64,000 nucleotides of DNA from a virus. Its lineage: Duplodnaviria > Heunggongvirae > Uroviricota > Caudoviricetes. Below, one piece after another: positions 57,662 through 64,000 of this stretch. Position numbers and translations under genes: made by a program. Positions within the stretch are counted from its first letter, which is position 1. Each line of letters opens with the position of its first letter. The stretch is taken from IMG/VR virus record IMGVR_UViG_3300009709_000001, positions 64,001-128,000 of that record; one strand, given 5' to 3'. Below the pieces are notes generated by a model, which saw nothing but the letters and a program-made list of their open reading frames with translations, did not search any database and had not been told where the DNA came from.

Positions 57662-57748
57662 TGGAGGAAGATAACAGAATCGAACTGTCACCGCGTTAGC
57701 AATGGGACGGTTTTCAAGACCGTGTCCCCACCATGGAGCCTATCTTCC
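57662..57748 (-). tRNA. tRNA-Ser(TGA), candidate 8/4 fold
   Basis: ACGGT-CTTGAAA-ACCGT arm, long variable arm, TCCA end. Confidence 0.8.
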
Positions 57749-58386
57749 GAGTATAATTTGATATAATCCTTGCCATATTTATCAATGACATATCTGATTA
57801 TATCTTTTAAATCACTTTCATATAAAACTCGAACATCCGGATTAGCATTGAGTTTAGCCATCCATTGATCGGTTTTATATCCTTTAATTTCTGTTACCTG
57901 GCCGTCGACAATAAAATCCGGAATGTAAGTTCTAATCTTGCCATTGAATTCATACTTCCTTTTTTCAATATTACGGACAATATTCTTACCGTGCTCTAAA
58001 CAATAGATCAAATATGCGAGTTCCCAACTGCTATCGCAGAAGAATCCCTTATACCAACCTTTTTTGCCCCTTCCAGAGCCCTGCCGTAGACCACCGTTAT
58101 TTAGACGAGCTTTTTCGGTTATCTTTCTTTTACGCTCTAATTCGGCTTCGGGTGTTGAAGCAGTCCCGGTTGCAATAACTCGCAACTTCTCTTTTGTTTC
58201 ATCAGATCTTTTACACCTAATATCACCTTTTAATCCCTTATTCCACGGAGGAATACCCTTCTGGCGATGGGCATATGGTGATTTATCTCGTTGTATTCTT
58301 TCTGGATTATCTTTACAGTAAGGCTGATGACAAGCTAATGCACCCGGATTACCGAAAGTTCGTGGACAGTGTTTGCATGGTAACAT
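57688..58386 (-). CDS. putative homing endonuclease (Zn finger, NUMOD3, PD-(D/E)xK)
   Basis: CKHC..H..C, PWNKGL, DSSWEL, YIPDF..EIKGY. Confidence 0.82.
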   Translation of the reverse strand: MLPCKHCPRTFGNPGALACHQPYCKDNPERIQRDKSPYAHRQKGIPPWNKGLKGDIRCKRSDETKEKLRVIATGTASTPEAELERKRKITEKARLNNGGLRQGSGRGKKGWYKGFFCDSSWELAYLIYCLEHGKNIVRNIEKRKYEFNGKIRTYIPDFIVDGQVTEIKGYKTDQWMAKLNANPDVRVLYESDLKDIIRYVIDKYGKDYIKLYSEDRLHGGDTVLKTVPLLTR

Positions 58387-58429
58387 GCAATATTTACCAC
58401 AATCAAGACTGGTGCGTTTACCGTCTTGA

Positions 58430-58594
58430 TTACAGCATCATCATGCAAATGCATACCAATGCTGAAATTTTCATTATTACTATTCCCACAATTATATCTT
58501 CGGTTGGAAACATGCGTGGGTTATTCCAATCGTGTACTGTACCGAGATAAGTCAGGTACATTCCGTACAAAAACGACACGAAGAAGACAATCAT
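58430..58594 (-). CDS. small two-TM membrane protein
   Basis: hydrophobic ORF; start moved outside the tRNA-like gene. Confidence 0.45.
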   Translation of the reverse strand: MIVFFVSFLYGMYLTYLGTVHDWNNPRMFPTEDIIVGIVIMKISALVCICMMML

Positions 58595-58602
58595 GATAAT
58601 GA

Positions 58603-58706
58603 TGGTAGGAGGGGTGGGAATCGAACCCACGTTACTACAGCCTTATCTAGACTGTGCTCTACGAGTTTATAAGGCTCGCCCTACGGCCAACATTAGCAAC
58701 CCTTCC
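58603..58706 (-). tRNA. tRNA-Ile(TAT)-like RNA with very long extra arm (104 nt)
   Basis: GTGGG-TTCGATT-CCCAC T-arm, ACCA end, loop CTTATAA, ~31-nt extra region. Confidence 0.7.
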
Positions 58707-58764
58707 AAAATTTAGGAAGGTATTCGTATGTTACGAATTGTTGCCTTTTGTTGTGACATAGTCT

Positions 58765-58872
58765 TTATTTATCTTCTGGTTTCTTGAACGCAGCTACAGC
58801 CTTATCCCATAGCATTAACCAAAATTTCGAAAATGCTGCACCGATTGCGATGCCGAGTAATAGATCAAACAT
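58765..58872 (-). CDS. 35-aa membrane peptide (MFDLLLGIAIGAAFSKFW...)
   Basis: AAGGAGGT RBS, ATG..TAA. Confidence 0.6.
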   Translation of the reverse strand: MFDLLLGIAIGAAFSKFWLMLWDKAVAAFKKPEDK

Positions 58873-58896
58873 AATAACCTCCTTAGATGGTTATTA

Positions 58897-59172
58897 TTAT
58901 TTACCTTTGGCAGCAGTCTTCGCAGCGGTGATTTCTGATTTAAAAGTTTCTCGATCTCGATTGAGCAAGGTAATCAATTGTTCACTATTCAAAAGAGTGA
59001 ATCTTTCTTCAGTGAATTCTTCAAGTGGTCTTGCCCAAGTATGTTCTTCAAATGGATAGACATGATCATAAATGACAAGTCTTTCCTTTGTTGAGGTATG
59101 TGTTGCAACACCGGTTACGAAGTAAACTCCGCCATAGCGATGTTGGTAATGCTGATCAATTATTGGTTTCAT
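58897..59172 (-). CDS. DUF1653-like protein
   Basis: YQH.YGG.Y.V..VA.H....E.LVIY...WARPLEEF..RF. Confidence 0.8.
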   Translation of the reverse strand: MKPIIDQHYQHRYGGVYFVTGVATHTSTKERLVIYDHVYPFEEHTWARPLEEFTEERFTLLNSEQLITLLNRDRETFKSEITAAKTAAKGK

Positions 59173-59283
59173 CTTTTACCTAAGTATCGATGAATTCTCA
59201 TGATACTTGCATAGGCTGTTCTACGGCGACGATTTTTTGATGTCGGTTTGTAAACTCGCCAAAATTTGAAGGTCTTCATTATG

Positions 59284-59357
59284 TGGAGCGGGTATCCGGA
59301 CTCGAACCGGATTCACTAGCTTGGAAGGCTAGAGCACAACCTATATACCATACCCGC
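59284..59357 (-). tRNA. tRNA-Gly(TCC)
   Basis: CTAGC-CTTCCAA-GCTAG arm, TCCA end. Confidence 0.92.
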
Positions 59358-59759
59358 TCAAATTGTTATTTCGTATTCAGAAAAATATCTACTATTGACA
59401 TTACCTGTTGAATTATTCATTCGCAATGTAAATGTTCCGATATTTGTTGTAATTAATTCGTTAATATCGATTAATGCAAGACGTTTACTTGTTTCTTCAA
59501 AAACTGCAAAACAATCGATTGATCCATCTGTATAATCAGCATGATTATTCTTGTTATATTTGGACGGATTTAACTTAATCTCAACAATATCATTTACCGC
59601 TGTTCGATATTTTACTTGAACTCTGAGAACACGATTATCCTTTTCAAGAAAGAAATCATAAGGTGCTCTTTCGGGTGTTTTTGCACAAATCCATCCCTTT
59701 ACAGAACAGACGTATGCAAAATACGATTCACCGATGTCACCCTTGTTTTTCGTGTTCAT
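59358..59759 (-). CDS. PD-(D/E)xK homing-type endonuclease (I-Ssp6803I-like)
   Basis: KGDIGE..PYD...RVQVK..Y....ID.FAV. Confidence 0.82.
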   Translation of the reverse strand: MNTKNKGDIGESYFAYVCSVKGWICAKTPERAPYDFFLEKDNRVLRVQVKYRTAVNDIVEIKLNPSKYNKNNHADYTDGSIDCFAVFEETSKRLALIDINELITTNIGTFTLRMNNSTGNVNSRYFSEYEITI

Positions 59760-59873
59760 TTATAAGATGTGATCCATGCCTGGATTCCAAGATCCCATAT
59801 CATGGAAGGCAGAGGGATTATCACACATTCTGTGGTGGGAACTTTCAGGTTGTTTTCCACCAAAGAGCAAACT

Positions 59874-60131
59874 TTATCGTGTCGACTCTACGTCGGCTCC
59901 TCGCAAATATGCGGCCTGGGCTTGTTCGGTGCCAATTTCTTCACCTTGGGTATGAAGGAACTCACCGAGTCGAGATACCTGGTCTGCAGACAAGAACAAA
60001 TCACTAATGTGGTCTTTGTCTGTGCCCGAGATGCGACTCATACGCACCATAACTTGTTCGGTATGCGGGTCACTTTCACGGACCTCAAATTCCAAATCAA
60101 AAGTACCTTGTCGCAGAACGAGTTTTGCCAT
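59874..60131 (-). CDS. hypothetical protein
   Basis: 85-aa ORF. Confidence 0.6.
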   Translation of the reverse strand: MAKLVLRQGTFDLEFEVRESDPHTEQVMVRMSRISGTDKDHISDLFLSADQVSRLGEFLHTQGEEIGTEQAQAAYLRGADVESTR

Positions 60132-60134
60132 ATA

Positions 60135-60533
60135 TCATTTCTTTCTATGTTTTCTTCCATTACCTTTGTTCTTTGCCTTGTAAGTCGGAGTTTGACTATG
60201 GCAATTTGGACATAGACAACAGAGGTTATCTTCTTTATCATTGGAACTATTACCATCAATATGTTCTAGTTCCAAAACAATTGGCTCATTCTGCCAACTG
60301 TCAATATTACATTTTAAACATTTTCCACCTTGTTTGTCAAGAATATATTTCTTAATCCAAGGTGCTGTGCCAGATGATGTACTTCTTCCGGTAATTCCCG
60401 TTCTTTTCCATTCAAGAATTCTCTGCTCATTCGCAAATGCCTGCTGGCATTTAGTCGAACAATATTTATTCTTCTTTCTATTATCAGATTCGCATTCGAC
60501 CTGACAATGTAAACAATGGTAAAATCCGGGCAT
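60135..60533 (-). CDS. HNH endonuclease (paralog of 53108-53482)
   Basis: LELEHIDGN..DNL..LCPNCHSQTPTY; start re-called outside the tRNA. Confidence 0.9.
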   Translation of the reverse strand: MPGFYHCLHCQVECESDNRKKNKYCSTKCQQAFANEQRILEWKRTGITGRSTSSGTAPWIKKYILDKQGGKCLKCNIDSWQNEPIVLELEHIDGNSSNDKEDNLCCLCPNCHSQTPTYKAKNKGNGRKHRKK

Positions 60534-60536
60534 ATT

Positions 60537-60610
60537 TGGTGCCCCATGACGGAATCGAACCGCCAACTAATCATTACAAGTGACTTGTTATGCCGTTTAA
60601 CTAATGGGGC
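60537..60610 (-). tRNA. tRNA-Thr(TGT)
   Basis: AGTCA-CTTGTAA-TGATT arm, ACCA end. Confidence 0.92.
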
Positions 60611-60668
60611 TTTTCTTAACTGTTTATTTATGCCACAATTGTAGCAATATTCCAAAAATTGGTCAATA

Positions 60669-61469
60669 TTACCAGCTGCAAGAATTGCGTTTTTGTTGAA
60701 CTACACTTCTTGTTTTTGATGGCCAAGTTTTGTCCGAATATCTAGCATTCGGTGGCATCGGGAATTGAATCTGGGTATGTTGTTGAACTTGACCTAATTC
60801 AACAATAAATTGATCAAGGCTTCCCTTAGCTGGTCGATGTTTAAATTCATACACCAAAACATCTCTTGTAATCACATCAATCAAAATCTTATAGAAACCC
60901 GATGGAATAATTACTCGATTTGGGCCAATTGTCGGATCATCATATCTGTAAATCAGACCTGCATAAACAAGGATAGGATGATTTCTGGCATTAGCTAATG
61001 CTCTGGTCTGATCTTCAAGTCTCTTCCAAATTCCACGATTAAAACCGGGAAGCTGTGGAGTCATGTTGCTCAGGATGAAGCTTTCAGTCTCAATAACTGT
61101 ATCCCAGGACATATCAGCATTATTGGCAATATGGCCAGTATCGTACCCCGAATCGTTATAGTCCCGAAGTGTTGATCTTGCATCGGGGCGCAAGCTCAAA
61201 TCAGGTGAAAAAGCGTTGGATCGTTTGACGCAGCCCGTAGTGTGCTCAGGCGTCAACATATAAGAGACCCAGACGGGAATTTTAGCTTTATTGTCGTATT
61301 CCAGTGCATAAGCCTTGCGGCAAATCTGCACGCTGTCATCTTTGCGCACTTGCGGAATACCATAAGGCATCTGCTGTTCACATTGCTGTATCGGCATTGG
61401 TGGATCCTGCGGTACAGCAAAGGCCGATATCGTTGTTACTAAGGCAAGAAGTGCGAAGATCTTTTTCAT
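60669..61469 (-). CDS. secreted DNA/RNA non-specific endonuclease (NucA/EndoG family)
   Basis: signal peptide; SGYDTGHIA, SNMTPQ..FNRGIW..LE. Confidence 0.9.
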   Translation of the reverse strand: MKKIFALLALVTTISAFAVPQDPPMPIQQCEQQMPYGIPQVRKDDSVQICRKAYALEYDNKAKIPVWVSYMLTPEHTTGCVKRSNAFSPDLSLRPDARSTLRDYNDSGYDTGHIANNADMSWDTVIETESFILSNMTPQLPGFNRGIWKRLEDQTRALANARNHPILVYAGLIYRYDDPTIGPNRVIIPSGFYKILIDVITRDVLVYEFKHRPAKGSLDQFIVELGQVQQHTQIQFPMPPNARYSDKTWPSKTRSVVQQKRNSCSW

Positions 61470-61482
61470 GTGGTCCTTAATG

Positions 61483-61512
61483 AAAAAGCCCCAATGATAA
61501 TATCACCGGGGC
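61483..61512 (-). terminator. terminator after tRNA-Gly
   Basis: GCCCCGGTGAT/ATCATTGGGGC stem plus U5. Confidence 0.7.
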
Positions 61513-61517
61513 AAAAC

Positions 61518-61591
61518 TGGAGCGGGTAACGAGAATCGAACTCGTGCATAAACTTTGGCAAAGTTTTAGGCTACCATTACATCATACCCGC
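61518..61591 (-). tRNA. tRNA-Gly(GCC)
   Basis: AAACT-TTGCCAA-AGTTT arm, TCCA end. Confidence 0.92.
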
Positions 61592-61601
61592 ATACATCTA
61601 T

Positions 61602-61862
61602 TTATCTTCTAACTAAAAAATTCCGAAAGTGTGTTTTCACACCAAAGCTTCTAGGACATGGGCTTGCATTGGCATGTCAAGTATACGATTTCTCTTCATG
61701 ACTTGGTTCGGGCTTTCAAAGCCAAAACAAACAATTACCCATTCAATCCGCAAGAATTTACCGTTCAGATCGTAGCATCCTGGACTTATCTCGCTTCGCA
61801 CTCTTTAAATAATGGCTACTTCTAGGCCTACATCCTTACAGAGTTTTTTAGTTAGAAGATAA
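61602..61862 (-). ncRNA. ncRNA mimicking the 23S rRNA L11-binding domain (H43-H44) with a 158-nt insertion
   Basis: AGGATGTAGGCCTAGAAGTAGCCATTATTTAAAGA ... GGTGTGAAAACACACT enclosed by a 22-nt inverted repeat (21/22). Confidence 0.8.
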
Positions 61863-61896
61863 GGGGACTCCGGTCCCCTTATCTATACACGACCTC

Positions 61897-63306
61897 TTAG
61901 AAGTCGTACTTCTCGACCATTACAGTCTTCAGCATAATGCTGATCGGTGTCATTTCTTCACCACCAAGAACCGACTTAACGATGCTTGGGCTGAATCCAG
62001 ACACAAGTGCTGCACCGACCTTGTTATAGGTCACCGGGCTGTTACCAGAACGGCCAGTAATGTTCCAGAACACGATCTGTGGCATCTTGTAGCCTGCGGC
62101 TGCATATTCTGCCTCGATCATTTCCATCGCACTAACCGACACACCTGCACCATAACCACGGCCGGAACCAGCGGTTACGCAAGTGTCGAATTCCATGTCC
62201 GACAAGATCATGATCTTTGTCGGCATTTCCTTCTGTGCAACCTTACCCTTCACTGCCGCACCCAAGATCAACTTGAATACAGCCTGGATGTCAGTATTCA
62301 TGCTCCAGCTCGAACGAGACATAGTATCGAAACGCTGCTTCAAAGTACCAGTTACCTTCAACAGTTCTGGCGCACCAGAGAATGTCACGAACTGATCCTT
62401 GAACACACCACCCATGCGTTCTGCGGTGTATAGACCTAGCGAAATCGCCACGTCCATTGCAGTTACCGATCCAGACACCGGAGTATCCATAGAACCGGAA
62501 ACGTCAACAACCGCAAGGATGTTTTCATCCGAACCTTCCAAGTAGTTAGGCAATGCCTTCCACTGTTCGTTCGACACAGTAACGTCACCGTTACGTAGAG
62601 AACGGATCACATCGTATGGGTACGCCACCGATGCGTTGATCTTTGCTTCGCCAGAAACCAGCTTAGCCTTATAGGTAGCATAACCCGATGGGTCGTGCTT
62701 ACCGAAAGCCTTCTGATAACGACCAGCAGCAACCGAAGGAACGTGCTGGTAGTTGATGTCATCCCATTCCTGGGCACACATCTTCTGTTCAACAGTGTTA
62801 GACAAGCTAACAACGAGTTGACGATACTGCTTAGGTGTCAACTTCAAGTAAGAACGAATCTTACCGGCTTCTGCACCCTGACGAGGCATCCACTTAGCGC
62901 ACAGACCGTCCTTGGCATTCAAAGCAGTCGCAATCATGCGCAATGCTTCGCGTTCCAATGGAGTACCGAATGCAACGAATACGTCGTCCCAACGACCAAG
63001 TGTCGGCACCTTCGCCAATACCTTCGAAGCGTTAACCGCGTCGGTACGGATCAAGTAACCAAACAGGTCACGGAAAGTCTTACGTTCGCCGGAACCACCA
63101 CGGGCGTCACGAGTCCATTGAAGGATACGGATCGCCACTTCAGAATCTTCTGCCAAAGCACCAGCAAAGACATTCTTGATGTCCTTACCGCGGCTTGCGC
63201 CAGCTAGGAAGAAGAGGTCCACGTTCTTATTCAACGAGGACACGTTGGTAACCGCGCCATTAGCGGTTGTTGCGGAGGCGTTTATAGCGGTGAAAAGGTC
63301 TGTCAT
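61897..63306 (-). CDS. DUF2828-family protein (helical TROVE-like region plus vWA domain)
   Basis: T.NGA, RDARGG.GER, GRWDD, AKWMPR, VPSVA, VDVSGSM (MIDAS), SDMEFD, VFWN, SGFS. Confidence 0.85.
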   Translation of the reverse strand: MTDLFTAINASATTANGAVTNVSSLNKNVDLFFLAGASRGKDIKNVFAGALAEDSEVAIRILQWTRDARGGSGERKTFRDLFGYLIRTDAVNASKVLAKVPTLGRWDDVFVAFGTPLEREALRMIATALNAKDGLCAKWMPRQGAEAGKIRSYLKLTPKQYRQLVVSLSNTVEQKMCAQEWDDINYQHVPSVAAGRYQKAFGKHDPSGYATYKAKLVSGEAKINASVAYPYDVIRSLRNGDVTVSNEQWKALPNYLEGSDENILAVVDVSGSMDTPVSGSVTAMDVAISLGLYTAERMGGVFKDQFVTFSGAPELLKVTGTLKQRFDTMSRSSWSMNTDIQAVFKLILGAAVKGKVAQKEMPTKIMILSDMEFDTCVTAGSGRGYGAGVSVSAMEMIEAEYAAAGYKMPQIVFWNITGRSGNSPVTYNKVGAALVSGFSPSIVKSVLGGEEMTPISIMLKTVMVEKYDF

Positions 63307-63365
63307 ATTGTATTCTCCTCAGAATTATGCTTATGTTAAATGCTGTTTTAACTCTTTAAAATTTA

Positions 63366-63394
63366 ATTTTACATAAATAGTTTTACTATGTCAA
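63366..63394 (-). promoter_or_regulatory. sigma70 promoter for DUF2828 gene, overlapping a divergent CATAAATA late motif
   Basis: TTGACA-17 nt-TAAAAT on minus; CATAAATA at 63372-63379 on plus. Confidence 0.75.
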
Positions 63395-64000
63395 CCAACT
63401 TAACACAGAAACCACCTAAATGTAAGAATCCCGAGTGCCAAAATGAAACATATTGGCGTAAAGGGTCCAAATCAATGCAATGGTCTACTTATTGCATGAA
63501 ATCATGCTATCATTCTCATAAGAGCACTCTTATGTCTAAACCACCAAGGTTAAATGGTCCAAAATGTAAATTACCTTCTTGTGAAAATCTTGTAAATTGG
63601 TCAAGAAGTAAAGGGGTCGGGTGGAAAAGCTATTGCTCCGGTAATTGCTCATCAAAATACAAATCGGCTATTCTACTAGATGAAAAATTATCTCTTCCTA
63701 TAAAAATATGTAATAATCCATACTGTAATAATATCGTTTCGATAAGAAACAAATATTCACATGTATGGCTAGATCAATGCTCTCTTGAATGTAAAAGAAT
63801 AGTCGATCAAATTAAAATCAAATCTACAAACATACAGAGGTATGGCGTAGAAAATGTTATGCAATGCGATTCTATATTTGCAAGTAATATCAAAAGCAAT
63901 AAACGATTCAAAGATTATATTTTACCATCTGGTAAAATAGTTCGCATACAGGGAAATGAAAACCTTGCATTGGACCAACTTCTTCAGACTTATCAAGAAG
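63388..64000 (+). CDS. putative homing endonuclease, partial (paralog of 32249-33163)
   Basis: three C..C/C...C repeats, TNIQRYGVEN, KDYILPSGKIVRIQGNE; runs off the window. Confidence 0.75.
   Translation, partial: MSTNLTQKPPKCKNPECQNETYWRKGSKSMQWSTYCMKSCYHSHKSTLMSKPPRLNGPKCKLPSCENLVNWSRSKGVGWKSYCSGNCSSKYKSAILLDEKLSLPIKICNNPYCNNIVSIRNKYSHVWLDQCSLECKRIVDQIKIKSTNIQRYGVENVMQCDSIFASNIKSNKRFKDYILPSGKIVRIQGNENLALDQLLQTYQE

Noticed and set aside
57662-57748. Selenocysteine tRNA (GGAAGAT start, long acceptor stem)
   Set aside because: Anticodon is TGA (Ser), not TCA, and the acceptor plus T branch is 12 bp
58595-58630. ORF-track start of 58430-58630 (and of 60135-60566)
   Set aside because: These starts fall inside tRNA T-arms; downstream ATGs are more plausible
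61628-61836. 23S rRNA gene or host rRNA contamination
   Set aside because: Similarity is confined to H43-H44, is split by a non-rRNA insert, and is flanked by phage genes and a phage late motif
1-64000. Genome-wide stop-codon reassignment
   Set aside because: Long core genes are intact in the standard code, and TAG and TGA both end genes normally; only one internal TAG was found
1-64000. CRISPR array, integrase or transposase
   Set aside because: No regularly spaced direct repeats and no recombinase or transposase motifs seen by eye

Overview
A 64 kb segment of a large T4-superfamily myovirus, probably a jumbo phage. Its long tail sheath, mini-DnaE and gene order resemble GAP32/Rak2/XacN1-type phages (inference). 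Almost all genes are on the minus strand and use the standard genetic code. Left to right: late/virion genes with a nucleotidyltransferase and a ligase-like gene (1-9 kb); replication and recombination genes (DnaB-like helicase, primase, mini-DnaE, UvsW, UvsY, UvsX, gp32; 9-23.6 kb); morphogenesis genes (large and small terminase, gp4, tail tube, tail sheath, gp13; 23.7-38.8 kb); rIIA/rIIB; and an accessory region with 11 tRNA or tRNA-like genes, DHFR, glutaredoxin, NADAR, a ferritin-like protein, KTSC, a LuxR-type regulator, a NucA-like nuclease and a DUF2828 protein. About 14 free-standing homing-type endonucleases are interspersed. Both sigma70 promoters and a GATAAATA late-promoter motif are visible. 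The strongest finding is a roughly 260-nt non-coding element (61602-61862, minus strand) just downstream of the DUF2828 gene. It rebuilds the 23S rRNA L11-binding/GTPase-associated centre (H43-H44) from two halves separated by a 158-nt insertion, and carries a complete compensatory change of the 1072-1092-1099 base triple. Other notable items: further orphan structured RNAs, two candidate 8/4 serine tRNAs, a 104-nt tRNA-Ile(UAU)-like RNA whose extra arm is complementary to its own anticodon, and a stand-alone degenerate terminase-ATPase fragment. All family assignments come from motif recognition by eye; no database search or folding program was run.
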